A program made the position numbers and the translations under genes. A DNA stretch of 64,000 bases, taken from positions 128,001-192,000 of the forward strand of contig BTVY01000004.1 in assembly GCA_045863335.1 (NCBI GenBank). The letters are read 5' to 3'. Source of the DNA: Candidatus Hydrogenedentota bacterium. GTDB lineage: Bacteria > Hydrogenedentota > Hydrogenedentia > Hydrogenedentales > SLHB01. Within the stretch, counting starts at the first letter, position 1. Each line of letters begins with the position of its first letter. Of this stretch, positions 28,134-38,325 are shown piece after piece. The notes beneath the pieces were generated by a model, which saw only the letters and a list, made by a program, of their open reading frames with translations, made no database searches and was not told the DNA's origin.

Positions 28134-30191
28134 ATGCGAGCCAAGGTAGCACTTTATATTCTCCTGGTATTGAGCCTGTCGCTGGCGCACGGGGGTGAAA
28201 TACGTGACGGTGTCTTGATCGTGGACAACAGGCCGTTCTACCCACTCGGCAGTTGGAATTTCACCACCACGACGCTGGAGGACATCGCGCTTCTCGGCAT
28301 GAATACGAGCTTTCGGGGCGGTCCGGGAACCGAGGAAGCGGTCGAAGAGTTCCGAGGATTCATGCGCGAGTGCGATCGGCGGGGTATCCAGGTTGTGCCC
28401 TACCTTTCATACGGCGGCGCGGGCGTAACGCCTTGGGCGCCGGAAGCCGTGCGCGCCATCGCCAAACTGGCTTCAGAGCCCAATCTCCTCACGTGGTATG
28501 TGGGCGACGACATCACCATGCGCCATCTCGAAGGCATCCAACAAACCGTATCCATTCTGCGTGAAGAGACTCCGACGGTTCCCACGGTGGCCGACTATAT
28601 CGCCGATGAAACGCCCGAAGCGCAAACAACGTTCACGCAGTACGTTGACATCCGTTGCCAGTACACGTATCCGATTCCCGACGATCCCTACACAGAGTAT
28701 CTCGCGTTCTTCGACAAACAGCGCGCCTTCGTCGGCGACCCTTTGTGGACCTGGGTGCAGAACTTCATGTGGGGCCACACGGGCCAGTTTCTTAGCGTGG
28801 GCGCGGAAGGCCCCGGGCCCATTCCCGATCCGGAGCAGGTGCGGTTGCTGGCTTTCGCCGCCATCAACCGGGGCGTGCGCGGACTGCTGTTCTTCGCTCA
28901 CCACGAACTGCACCGCCTGCCGGAGCTGGCGGCCGAAGTGGCGTTGACCTGCCGCGAGATCCGGTTGTTCGAAGGCCACTTGGCGGCCGGGGAACCCACG
29001 TTCAATCTTCCCTGTTCCGACCCCGGCCTGAACGCCACAGCCTTCGCGTATGGCGGTTCGACGGTCATCTCGGCCGCGTTGTTCCGAGACCATTACCACC
29101 AGTACCTCGACGAAGGGATTATCGAGGACGTCACCATCACCTGTCCCTGGAGCGCCGAAACATTGCCCCGTGCAACGCTTGTCAACGTGCCCGATGTAGT
29201 CGCATGCGAGGTAAACCCAGGCGCGGAACCAGGAACGATTTCGATCCGCGTTCCGCGTCTGGAACTGGCGGGATTCATTCTCGTCGATCCGAAGGAAGAA
29301 TCGATTGTGAGATTGGAGCAGCGACTCGAGTACATTCCCGAAGAGATGAAGAGCCTCATCGTGCCCGCAGCCGCGGCCCAGACGCGCAAGGTCTGCGGTG
29401 TGGTCTGGCAACTGGGACTCGACAACCTTTACGAATCGGAAACGGCGGTCATGGAAACGATGCGCACGCAGGAGCGTTGCGCGAGTGAAGTCGTGGATGG
29501 GGAGTACCTCGACGCCTTTCGCGCGTGGCGCAGTACGCTGCGGCACTGCCGGGGTCTGCTGGCCATGACGATGGCGTTTGCCGAGGAGCGGCGCGAGGCC
29601 ATTCCCGCGAGCGTGCAGGATTACCTGGTCTCGCCCTATGGACTGCACAAGATCCCCGGCCTGGGAGACGCGCCAGGCAATGATGAGCCGTGGCGGTTTA
29701 CTCGCGAATGGCTCGTGACCGGCCCCTTCCCGCTGGAAGCAAACCTCGACGACGAGCACGCCATGGCACCCGGATTTGAACGGGCTTATGCGCCGGAATC
29801 CGGCGACCTCAAGGCCACCTTCGACACGCTGGACGGTCCCCGATCCTGGCACGCCGCGGAGTGCGACGTGTCCGGGCTTCTCGATCTACGGCCCCTGTTC
29901 GATACGATCGACAACGTCGTCGCCTACGCCGCGTGCACGCTCAACGCCCCGCAAGACGGCGAAGCGAAACTGAGCATCGGCAGCAACGACGGCGCGCGCC
30001 TGTGGGTCAACGGCGATCTTGTCTACTCCGAACACGGCCCCCGTTCCGGCACGAAACACGATGCCGAAGTCACCGTTCCCGTGCGCCAGGGCGCCAACCC
30101 GATTCTCGTCAAAGTCGAGAACCTCGGCCGGAACTGGAAACTCTACCTCTCCGTTCACGACCCGGAACGGGCGTATACGTTCTCGCGGTAA
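28134..30191 (+). CDS. Secreted hypothetical protein (glycoside-hydrolase-like barrel plus C-terminal beta-sandwich)
   Basis: Signal peptide; DNRPFYPLG, LLTWYVGDD, PLWTWVQ; C-terminal WLVTGPF...GSNDGARLWVNG...GANPILVKV module. Confidence 0.7.
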   Translation: MRAKVALYILLVLSLSLAHGGEIRDGVLIVDNRPFYPLGSWNFTTTTLEDIALLGMNTSFRGGPGTEEAVEEFRGFMRECDRRGIQVVPYLSYGGAGVTPWAPEAVRAIAKLASEPNLLTWYVGDDITMRHLEGIQQTVSILREETPTVPTVADYIADETPEAQTTFTQYVDIRCQYTYPIPDDPYTEYLAFFDKQRAFVGDPLWTWVQNFMWGHTGQFLSVGAEGPGPIPDPEQVRLLAFAAINRGVRGLLFFAHHELHRLPELAAEVALTCREIRLFEGHLAAGEPTFNLPCSDPGLNATAFAYGGSTVISAALFRDHYHQYLDEGIIEDVTITCPWSAETLPRATLVNVPDVVACEVNPGAEPGTISIRVPRLELAGFILVDPKEESIVRLEQRLEYIPEEMKSLIVPAAAAQTRKVCGVVWQLGLDNLYESETAVMETMRTQERCASEVVDGEYLDAFRAWRSTLRHCRGLLAMTMAFAEERREAIPASVQDYLVSPYGLHKIPGLGDAPGNDEPWRFTREWLVTGPFPLEANLDDEHAMAPGFERAYAPESGDLKATFDTLDGPRSWHAAECDVSGLLDLRPLFDTIDNVVAYAACTLNAPQDGEAKLSIGSNDGARLWVNGDLVYSEHGPRSGTKHDAEVTVPVRQGANPILVKVENLGRNWKLYLSVHDPERAYTFSR

Positions 30192-30196
30192 GCACG

Positions 30197-33088
30197 CTAG
30201 TTCGTTTCCAGTGCAATTTCCAGCGGAGTGGGTTCGCCGGGGACAACGAAAACTTCTTGTTCGAACGTTGCGGCATCCGTTTGGTTTGGGAGGATAGCCC
30301 GCACCTGGACGACTGCCGCTCCGGAAGGAACGGAGGCGAATTCAAAATCACCATTAACGCCGGTCTGCGCGCTGACACTTCGCATACCCAGGTCTCCCAC
30401 GAGCGTGACGGTTGCTTCGGGAAGGGGATCTCCGATCAATGTAACGGTACCCACCAGCGAACCGAATTCGAGAAGTACGATCTCCACGGGATGACCCGGT
30501 TCCTGCGATGAGGCGGCAACGACTCGATTTGCTCCGTAGTCGGGATGCGAGGCGAACAGATAAACATTCCCTGCAGAAAGGCCGTCCAGTACGAAGCGTC
30601 CGTCTGAACCGGTCTGCACCTCCGTCGTGGTCAAGTCCTTCTCGCCGGTCGCGGAGACGACCGCATGGGATACCGCCTGCCCTACGCTATCGCGAACCAC
30701 CCCTTCCAGGCGATAGGCGTCCCGGCTGAGCACGACGACAATTCCGTCAACGGACTGGCCGGGCTGAATTCGTCCAACAGCGGTGGCCTGTTGCGCGAAC
30801 CCCGTTGCGCGGGCGACAAGAATCCTGGAGCCCGAGTCCGCCTCAATCTGGAAACGGCCGAGGGAATCGTTCACCGAAAGGAACGTTGCGCCGGTCAGAT
30901 TCACCCCGTCCTCCGGGCGTCGCCCTGGCACGACCGCGATCTGGAACTGTGTTACGGGACGGCCGTCGCGTTCTTCGATTACGGTGCCGGAGATCGTCGG
31001 ACGCGACTGCAGTACGACATCCACTCCCCGGCTTCCGGTCACAACGTCGTTGACTGCCGCGCTTGCGAATTGCTCGTGAACGAAATCCAGCCGGTAGGTC
31101 TCTCCTGTCAGGCCGGACATCACGTAGGTTCCGTCCTCGCCCGTATAGGCGACATGGACGAGCGTATCATCGAGATTCTTACTGGCTGCGGTCACTTGGG
31201 TGCGGGCGATGGCTTCGCCCTCTTGGTCTGTAACCCTTCCGGAGATCTCCGTGAGCGGATCGGTCTCGTAAACCAAGCGGATTCCTGTCGCGTGTTGGCC
31301 CGGCGCGACCTGCACTGTCCCGGCGTGGCAAATGCCCTGGACGAGATGGAGATCTTGTGCGCCGAGGATCAGATCGTAGCTGCCGGCGGCGAGTCCCGCG
31401 ATCGTGAAGTGGCCATCCGGACCAGTCTCGCTGGAAAGTCGCCCCAGGGATTTCGCCATCGATGCATCCGCCAACTCCGCAAACACGACGCACTCGGCTG
31501 GCATGCCGGTGTTGTCCGTGACGATTCCTGCGATACTCGCGCCGGTTTCGATCGACAGCACGATTTCGATCCCGGACAGCCCTTCCGCAGGAACGGGGAA
31601 CGGGCCAATCTCCGGCGCGAGGGTCTCGGAGGTCTTGGCGGATAGGTAGACTTCATCCCCCGTGGAAACGCCCGCAATGGTGAACGCGCCCGATCGGTTT
31701 GTGGTGCTCCCTCGCGGGCCGCCGAGGTTGGGCACACGCGCAAAAACCTGCGCCCCGGCAACTCCCGCGCCAGCGCCGTCGACAACCGTTCCGCTCACGG
31801 TAATGCTGCGCTTGAGCGGAAAGTCGACGACGGCCAAGTCCGCGTCCGGCGCGAGAACAACGTTCTGATACGTGATTCCCGATGTGTATTGGACCGGCAG
31901 TTCCGTCACGGCCAATCGAACCGCGCCGTAGTGGACGTTGGCAATCTGATAGCCGCCCGATTTGTCCGTCGCTGCAGATTCACGTTTCCTCCCCGGCCGA
32001 TCGGAAGGAAAGGCGAGGACGATTGCTCCCGCAATGGCTTGCGACGAGTCTGCGTCGAAGACACGTCCTTCGACCGAGACACCGGAGCTCACGAGGACTT
32101 CGATTTCCGAATGCGCCGGATCGGCGGCCGATAACTGGAACTCAACCGGCTTCTCGAGTACGAGGACGTCGTCATCCAGGTAGGCGCTGTAGGAACCCGG
32201 CGCTAGACCGGTAAAGTCGAAGCCGCCCGCATCGCCGGTTCGTGCAAACCAATCATTGAAAATGCCGTCTTTGTGGCGTACCCCAACCACCACGCCCGGT
32301 ACTGGGGACCGGTCGGAGGCATGGACCACGGTTCCGGACACGCTTCCACCAAAAGCCAGCTGCACCACGGCGCTGTCGGTCCCCGTCTCGATCGGGTCCG
32401 TCACGACTGGCGCAAACCCGGCCGCGCTGATACGGAAGCGCCAGAACCGTCCGTCCAGGAGATCGAATGCGAACCGTCCCTCGGCGCTGCTGTGGACCGC
32501 CAATGCGGCGCCCCGAGCGCCCAACTCGTCCCCATCGCGTGCGTAAGGAACGACTTCCGCGCCCGGTACCGGTTTCCCCTCCGGATCATCAATACGGCCG
32601 GCGAGTGGCTTCCCAGACTGGAGGATAATGCGAACCTGGGCAACCGGTTCGGTCGGCGTCAACCGCACGGTGAAGGAGCCAATTGCCGCCGTCGAGCGGG
32701 CGACGAGATCGCACATTCCAGCCGGAAGATCGGCAATTTCAAACTGGCCCAGTTCATCGGTTTGCGTGGCAACATGATCGACCAGGACATTCCCGTCCCG
32801 CACTCTGGCCAGGACGGAAACGCTTGCCGCAGGTCCAGTAGCCGACAAGACAAGTCCGGTAACCGAGCAGCCCGAATTCGAGCTATCGAGTACGGGCTGC
32901 ACCTCCGGGGCGGGATCACGGGGAGCGTAGGGCTCGGGTACGGTAGTCACGCGGAGATCAGGCCGTGAAAGATTCTCCACGCTCTCACCGCCCGGACGGT
33001 CCGGGGCGCCGCTCCTGAACAGAATCGTGGCTACCACGGCCGCCAGCAAGGCCCCGAGTAGCCCCAGCAGCAAAAGTCGAACTTTCAT
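30197..33088 (-). CDS. Membrane-anchored protein with multiple carboxypeptidase-regulatory-like (CarboxypepD_reg) repeats
   Basis: N-terminal TM; about 9 repeats of G.V.D..G.PV.GA.V...T...G.F....L..G.Y. Confidence 0.85.
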   Translation of the reverse strand: MKVRLLLLGLLGALLAAVVATILFRSGAPDRPGGESVENLSRPDLRVTTVPEPYAPRDPAPEVQPVLDSSNSGCSVTGLVLSATGPAASVSVLARVRDGNVLVDHVATQTDELGQFEIADLPAGMCDLVARSTAAIGSFTVRLTPTEPVAQVRIILQSGKPLAGRIDDPEGKPVPGAEVVPYARDGDELGARGAALAVHSSAEGRFAFDLLDGRFWRFRISAAGFAPVVTDPIETGTDSAVVQLAFGGSVSGTVVHASDRSPVPGVVVGVRHKDGIFNDWFARTGDAGGFDFTGLAPGSYSAYLDDDVLVLEKPVEFQLSAADPAHSEIEVLVSSGVSVEGRVFDADSSQAIAGAIVLAFPSDRPGRKRESAATDKSGGYQIANVHYGAVRLAVTELPVQYTSGITYQNVVLAPDADLAVVDFPLKRSITVSGTVVDGAGAGVAGAQVFARVPNLGGPRGSTTNRSGAFTIAGVSTGDEVYLSAKTSETLAPEIGPFPVPAEGLSGIEIVLSIETGASIAGIVTDNTGMPAECVVFAELADASMAKSLGRLSSETGPDGHFTIAGLAAGSYDLILGAQDLHLVQGICHAGTVQVAPGQHATGIRLVYETDPLTEISGRVTDQEGEAIARTQVTAASKNLDDTLVHVAYTGEDGTYVMSGLTGETYRLDFVHEQFASAAVNDVVTGSRGVDVVLQSRPTISGTVIEERDGRPVTQFQIAVVPGRRPEDGVNLTGATFLSVNDSLGRFQIEADSGSRILVARATGFAQQATAVGRIQPGQSVDGIVVVLSRDAYRLEGVVRDSVGQAVSHAVVSATGEKDLTTTEVQTGSDGRFVLDGLSAGNVYLFASHPDYGANRVVAASSQEPGHPVEIVLLEFGSLVGTVTLIGDPLPEATVTLVGDLGMRSVSAQTGVNGDFEFASVPSGAAVVQVRAILPNQTDAATFEQEVFVVPGEPTPLEIALETN

Positions 33089-33215
33089 TCAACGCCACCC
33101 GTTCGATGTTGTTGAGGCCGACTTGCGTTCGATACTTTGCAGTTTAGCAGGGAAGTCTATGGGGTGGCAATAGGGACGGCTCCGTCCCGGAGAAGGTAAA
33201 TATTTGGAAAACTCA

Positions 33216-33244
33216 TTGACGAACTAATCCAGTTATGCAATACT
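33216..33244 (+). promoter_or_regulatory. Putative sigma-70 promoter of the Cys-rich cassette
   Basis: TTGACG-N17-AATACT with an extended TGn. Confidence 0.45.
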
Positions 33245-33295
33245 GATGTGCGGAGAAGTAAACTGTATGGTTCGAGCAACGAAGGGGGTTCGCTT

Positions 33296-33739
33296 ATGGA
33301 CGCGCAGCGATGTTTAGCGATTCTCATTGTTGGAGTTGGGGCATACTGCCTGTTGGTGCCTCAAGTTACCGATGCCGCCTGTTTGATATCGGAGCAGTCA
33401 GCATGCGCTACGGCTTGGACCTGCGAGGAAGAGTGTGAATACGGGAATCGATGTTACTCGACGCGGGTGATTGGATTTGTGTTTCCCGGATATACGAAAT
33501 GCCGGTCCGTGCAGGGATCGGAAACAGGTCATCAAGACCCGTGCATCAACAGTGCTGAACCGGGGAATTGCTACCAATGGTATAACTGTGAAAAATACTT
33601 GAAATGTACTAATCCTTTGGCAGACTGCGGGGATGAATGTGAGATAAGCACTTACTACCAATGCGGGTATGGAGGCCTAGGCAGCGTACACATTAGGTAC
33701 TCGGAAATCGAAGACTACTCCAAGCCAGCGTGCCCATGA
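33296..33739 (+). CDS. Secreted cysteine-rich protein (14 Cys in predicted mature part)
   Basis: Signal peptide ending VTDA; mature ~120 aa rich in Cys/Tyr; stop overlaps next ATG. Confidence 0.7.
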   Translation: MDAQRCLAILIVGVGAYCLLVPQVTDAACLISEQSACATAWTCEEECEYGNRCYSTRVIGFVFPGYTKCRSVQGSETGHQDPCINSAEPGNCYQWYNCEKYLKCTNPLADCGDECEISTYYQCGYGGLGSVHIRYSEIEDYSKPACP

Positions 33740-34773
33740 CGGTCGTTCGAGAACTTGGATGGGGGCGGAGGTATTGGCGTTCGGCGTTGGTTGTGTGCGT
33801 TCTGGCCGTCACGATTTGTCTTGCCGGTAACGCAGATCCGATCGATCCCCTTATCGCAAATCTTGTTGCGGAACAGGAAAAATCCTTGTCGCAACTGCGG
33901 CGTTTCGAGGTTACCCTCGAGTTATATATTTGGTTCGAAAGCGGCGATCTAACCGTAGAGCACGTTGGGGAGATCAATCAGAAGCACGCGCCGGATCGCA
34001 TGCGCGTCGACGTTATCCGGCAGACGACCGAAAGAGATAGGAACGGAAACACGAAAAGCGCCATGGATACTTCGGCCCGTTTCGTGGTCGGTGACGGGTA
34101 CGCGCTTTACTGGATGCGCAACTCAAAAATCGCTCAAATATGGGAGTACAGGGAGGTGTCGGAACTGCCTCACCCGGCCCGGTTGATCCGCCGTATCGAC
34201 ATGGAAGGCGACTACATCCACTGTTTCGGGTTTGGAACCATGGATTTTGAGTTCAAGCAGTTGCTCGACCCGGATTTCACAGAGAGCTTTCGCTATGAGG
34301 TTGAGCAGGTTTCGGGCGGCAAATATGACATCAAGCTGTATCTGCGAGACGGCGTCGGACCCGAGGTCAGTCATCCAGTCCAGACAGCAATTGTTGATCC
34401 GGCCCAGGGGTGTCTGGTGGTGCATAGCTTGATGCTGGATCCGGATGGCCGGCCATACCGGCAAATCGATGTCCAGGGTGAGGAAATCGCGCCCGGGGTT
34501 TGGTTTCCTATTCGAGCCCGTCTGCAAATGTTCTCCGATGACGATGGCGACCAGGGAGGTGGCGCTCGCTTGGTCACGCTACGGGAGTACAAGGTGCGGT
34601 CCGTAGGAATTGTCGATAGCTTTGAACCAGACACCTTTACCTGGAAGAGTCTGGCGTTTCCCGCTGGAATGACGCTGTATCGTACGGACGTTCTAGGCGA
34701 GCAGCGCGCCTTAGTCGTCGAGAACGGAGAACTTGTACCCAAGGATCTCACGCGTGAAAGACGTGAACGGTAG
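33736..34773 (+). CDS. Secreted hypothetical protein, possibly LolA/lipoprotein-sorting-like fold
   Basis: Signal peptide; beta-rich; IVDPAQGCLV, GVWFP, FEPDTF pattern typical of LolA-like open beta-barrels. Confidence 0.6.
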   Translation: MTVVRELGWGRRYWRSALVVCVLAVTICLAGNADPIDPLIANLVAEQEKSLSQLRRFEVTLELYIWFESGDLTVEHVGEINQKHAPDRMRVDVIRQTTERDRNGNTKSAMDTSARFVVGDGYALYWMRNSKIAQIWEYREVSELPHPARLIRRIDMEGDYIHCFGFGTMDFEFKQLLDPDFTESFRYEVEQVSGGKYDIKLYLRDGVGPEVSHPVQTAIVDPAQGCLVVHSLMLDPDGRPYRQIDVQGEEIAPGVWFPIRARLQMFSDDDGDQGGGARLVTLREYKVRSVGIVDSFEPDTFTWKSLAFPAGMTLYRTDVLGEQRALVVENGELVPKDLTRERRER

Positions 34774-35848
34774 CCGCTTGCGTGACGGCATTGCGCGACG
34801 ATTCTACCGTGGCCTTTGCGCAAGAACGTCGTCTAGGCGGGTTCTGTGGCGATCGGCAGTAGCTGTTCTGGTTCTCGCCGTGGTGGGTTGTACGTCTGCT
34901 GATAGGCCGAATCCGGAAGACTTGGTTTTCGACTTCGGGTTTGCCCGGCAAGGTGACGCCGTGTCGCACGTGTTTCACGTGGCAAATCCCACGAGTATCC
35001 CCCGGTTGATTACCCGAGTTGCCACCACCTGCAACTGCACGGTGGCGAATCTGCGGGAGGGATCGTCGATACCGCCGACTGGCGTGTTGGATGTTCCTGT
35101 CGAAGTGGATCTGTCCGGGAAGACCGGAATTGTAAGTAGCAGTGTCACGCTGTTCTTTGAAGGCGAAGAAGAGCCGACTCGTCTCTTGATAAAGGGTCAA
35201 GTGCCTTACGAGTACCCTGCCGTGGTTGACTTCGGACGCGTTTTAAGAGGTTCAAAGAACTGTACACAGTCCCTGCGGATGGCAACCTATCCTGGGCAGC
35301 CGCCTATCGACATCGTAAAGGTTCGGCGTAAGGACCCGGGACTTGCGTACGCCTACCACCGAGTGTCAGGCGATCCAGACGTGCTCATTCTGGAGCTTAC
35401 CGTAACGGACAAGATGGATTATGGCCGTTTTGATTTCCCTGTAGTGTGGGTTACGAACGATTCTGGGGCACCAGACAAGCAAATGCAGATAACGGGTTTT
35501 GTTGTACCGCCAGTCGAGGTCTTGCCTAAAGAAATCAACTTTGGTTTTGTCCGTACTGACAACGACTTGAGCCCTCATGAAATCGTGGTTTCATCTACGT
35601 ATGGTACAGAGATAGCCGATCTCAAGATTGAAGCGACTCGAGACGATTGTTTCGATTGGTCGATATCCAGTGCTGATTCCCACTCGGCCAAGATTCAGGT
35701 CAAGTTAAGGGAAGAATTACCTTCAGAGTTGCCCGCAGGTATTGTAAAAGGCGACTTGCGAGTTCATTGCGAATTGGAGGGTCAAGAACACGAAGCGCGA
35801 GTTGAGTTGTATGCCGTGATTCCGGAAACCACGAACGAACTCAAATGA
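34763..35848 (+). CDS. DUF1573 domain lipoprotein (three Ig-like modules)
   Basis: Lipobox VVGC; FDFG...HVFHVAN...TTCNCT...IPP motif; repeated VDFG and INFG modules. Confidence 0.8.
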   Translation: MNGSRLRDGIARRFYRGLCARTSSRRVLWRSAVAVLVLAVVGCTSADRPNPEDLVFDFGFARQGDAVSHVFHVANPTSIPRLITRVATTCNCTVANLREGSSIPPTGVLDVPVEVDLSGKTGIVSSSVTLFFEGEEEPTRLLIKGQVPYEYPAVVDFGRVLRGSKNCTQSLRMATYPGQPPIDIVKVRRKDPGLAYAYHRVSGDPDVLILELTVTDKMDYGRFDFPVVWVTNDSGAPDKQMQITGFVVPPVEVLPKEINFGFVRTDNDLSPHEIVVSSTYGTEIADLKIEATRDDCFDWSISSADSHSAKIQVKLREELPSELPAGIVKGDLRVHCELEGQEHEARVELYAVIPETTNELK

Positions 35849-35974
35849 AACCGCCCTTGAATCCCGTGTGAGGTCCACGATTAGTGATTTCATTCACAAC
35901 CGCCAAATGCCTCTGTTCAAGACACCCCTTGATCCAGGTTCTTCCTCGTGCGCCCGATTAGCGCGCTCATGCCC

Positions 35975-37495
35975 TTACGTGCGGCCGGAGATGTGGGATT
36001 TTACCGTACGCCGATCGAGTCCCAACTGTTTTGCGGCGGCACTGTAGGATCCGGTCTTCTCATATACGCGACGACAGTAGATCCCGAGTAGTTCTTCGGC
36101 AGTCAGACGACAAGCAAGAAGTTCATCGAGCACAATATCCCTGTTCGCGTCGATGAACGGTGTCGGGACATAGGACTTGCGCACCATGATGTTTCGCACG
36201 CACTGCTCCAGTTCGCGCACGTTGCCCGGCCAGGGATAGTCTGCGGGCAGGTGATCCCAAATCCATACGTCGGTTTCTTCGGCAAGGGCCTTTGCTTCGG
36301 GCTCGCCGGCGACCCGCTGCGCGACGTGTCGGATCAGGTTGCGCAATTGTTCCCGTGATTCCGCGATCTGCTCCCGGAGCGAGGGTGTCCGGATGGTATC
36401 GGAGCAGAGCCGGTAATACAGGTCTTCGCGAAAGCGGCCGCTGCGGACGGCCTCGGTGAGGTCGCGGTTGGTCGCGGCAACGATCTTGCCTCGGAAGGGG
36501 CGGCTCTTGGTTTCGCCGACGCGCCGGAAGGTGCGGTCCTGAACGACGCGGAGCAGCTTGACCTGGATGAAGGGATCGAGTTCGCCCAGTTCATCGAGAA
36601 AGACGGTCCCGTGGTCGTGGCAGATCTCAAAGTACCCGGCGCGGTCGGCCATGGCCCCGGTGAAGGCGCCTTTCACGTGGCCGAATAGTTCTGATTCGAT
36701 AAGCGTGGGGGACAGTTCAGACAGGTTCACGGGGTGGTAGGCCCGAATGAAGTCTTCCGCGGGACGTTTGCGCCGCGCGTCAAAGGGGATGTATCCGGAG
36801 TACGCGATAGCTTTTGCGACCAGTTCCTTGCCCGTACCGGAGGGTCCCGTGATCAACGTGGTCACGTCGTTCATGCGCGAGTAGAGCGTGCGCCGGTACC
36901 GCGCCATGTCGCAGGTGAAAATCGATTGCCACGTTGCGGCGCGGAGTTGGGCCGATGCCGTGGACCCGCCGATGATGTTGTCGAAGATGTGGTGAAAGGC
37001 CCGGCGCAACTGAAAGAAACAGGCGAACAGATGTTCCCGTTCTGCCAAACCTGGAAAGGTGTAACCCCGGATATTCAGGTAGTGGGCCATGTCCGCGCAG
37101 AACGCGTCGTAGCATTCGATCGGCGCGGGTTCGTTCGCGTTGGCGACTAAGGCGGATTCGATGTACTCGCGGAGTTTGGATTCGTAGCGGTTGTATAGGA
37201 GATACAGTACCACGCTCTCGTACAGGGCGATCTCGCGGGCGCCCGCGGACTCGCCCCGTTGGAGACTCTCCCGCGCCCGGTTGGCGATCTCTTCAGCCAC
37301 GTTCGTAATGCGCGCGATGTTCGGACGAACTGCCGCCTCGCCCGCTTCCCGATGCCAGGCCGTGCCGCTGGAGACGAAGGCGCCGCCCAGCACCTCCCGC
37401 TCCAACTCGATTCGTTCCTGCGAAAAGGGGTTGCAATGGTTCAAACGGGCCAAGGCTTCCACGCGGCGGATCGAACCCTGGTCGAAGAGCACCAT
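35975..37495 (-). CDS. Sigma-54-dependent transcriptional activator (RtcR-like AAA+, unrecognised N-terminal domain)
   Basis: GPSGTGKE, ESELFGHVKGAFTGA, GTVFLDELGEL, FREDLYYRL, WPGNVRELE, C-terminal HTH; RBS GGAGG. Confidence 0.9.
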   Translation of the reverse strand: MVLFDQGSIRRVEALARLNHCNPFSQERIELEREVLGGAFVSSGTAWHREAGEAAVRPNIARITNVAEEIANRARESLQRGESAGAREIALYESVVLYLLYNRYESKLREYIESALVANANEPAPIECYDAFCADMAHYLNIRGYTFPGLAEREHLFACFFQLRRAFHHIFDNIIGGSTASAQLRAATWQSIFTCDMARYRRTLYSRMNDVTTLITGPSGTGKELVAKAIAYSGYIPFDARRKRPAEDFIRAYHPVNLSELSPTLIESELFGHVKGAFTGAMADRAGYFEICHDHGTVFLDELGELDPFIQVKLLRVVQDRTFRRVGETKSRPFRGKIVAATNRDLTEAVRSGRFREDLYYRLCSDTIRTPSLREQIAESREQLRNLIRHVAQRVAGEPEAKALAEETDVWIWDHLPADYPWPGNVRELEQCVRNIMVRKSYVPTPFIDANRDIVLDELLACRLTAEELLGIYCRRVYEKTGSYSAAAKQLGLDRRTVKSHISGRT

Positions 37496-37621
37496 GGTCA
37501 GCACCTCCAGATACATAAAATGTACAGGAAGTGCTCGAACTTTGTCCAGGCGCAGATGTAGCCACCGACCTCGGATGTAGTTAAATCGTTATATTGCAAT
37601 CGTCAAGGTCAAGTCACCGGA

Positions 37622-37637
37622 TGGCACGGGCAATGCT
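37622..37637 (+). promoter_or_regulatory. Sigma-54 (-24/-12) promoter
   Basis: TGGCACGGGCAATGCT, exact GG-N10-GC spacing, divergent from the activator gene. Confidence 0.75.
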
Positions 37638-37680
37638 CTTGGTAAATCGTTGCTGAAACGAATCAACGCGTGATTTGGGG

Positions 37681-38295
37681 ATGGACATCATGAAGATGGC
37701 TTTTCAACCAAAGCCTTGCGGTAAAACCCGGGGGCGCACGGGAAGCATTGCGCTTCTGGGCACGATTCTATTTGCCGGATCGGTGTTGCCGGGATGTTTT
37801 GGCTGCGAACCGGTAACCAGTGGCGGGGCGGCCAAAGAAACGATTGGCATCTACGACTCCCGCGCCATAGCGGTGGCGTACGCCGGATCGGAATTGCACG
37901 AGGCGCAGCTCGGCAAATTAAAGGGCGACTACGACGCCGCCAAAGCCGCAGGCGACGAGGCGCGTGTCGCGGCGCTCGAGAAGGAAGGGCGGGACGGACA
38001 GCGTCAGATGCATTTGCAGGGATTCGGAACGGCGCCGGTCGATGATATTCTTCAGCACATTCAGGGAGATTTGGATCAGATCAGAGCCGACGCCGGGGTC
38101 GTGGCCCTCGTGTCAAAATGGGACGAGGCCGGACTCGCCGCGCACCCGGATGCGGCCCGCGTGGACGTGACGGAGGCACTCATCGACGCCCTTCATCCCA
38201 GCGAACGGCAGCGGAAAAGCGCAATCGACATCCAGCGGCATAAGCCAGTTCCCATGGACGAATTGGAGAAGCACATCGAGAACGGTGACATCTGA
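37681..38295 (+). CDS. Putative lipoprotein, OmpH/Skp-like helical protein
   Basis: Lipobox-like LPGC; IGIYDSRAI, coiled coil, DVTEALI reminiscent of Skp. Confidence 0.6.
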   Translation: MDIMKMAFQPKPCGKTRGRTGSIALLGTILFAGSVLPGCFGCEPVTSGGAAKETIGIYDSRAIAVAYAGSELHEAQLGKLKGDYDAAKAAGDEARVAALEKEGRDGQRQMHLQGFGTAPVDDILQHIQGDLDQIRADAGVVALVSKWDEAGLAAHPDAARVDVTEALIDALHPSERQRKSAIDIQRHKPVPMDELEKHIENGDI

Positions 38296-38325
38296 GGGTA
38301 GACCAGAAGACTGAGAAGATAAGTG

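Noticed and set aside
35882-35899. Rex-like 18-mer TAGTGAT-TTCA-TTCACAA
   Set aside because: Lies between two convergent gene ends with no promoter to control; likely chance in an AT-rich patch
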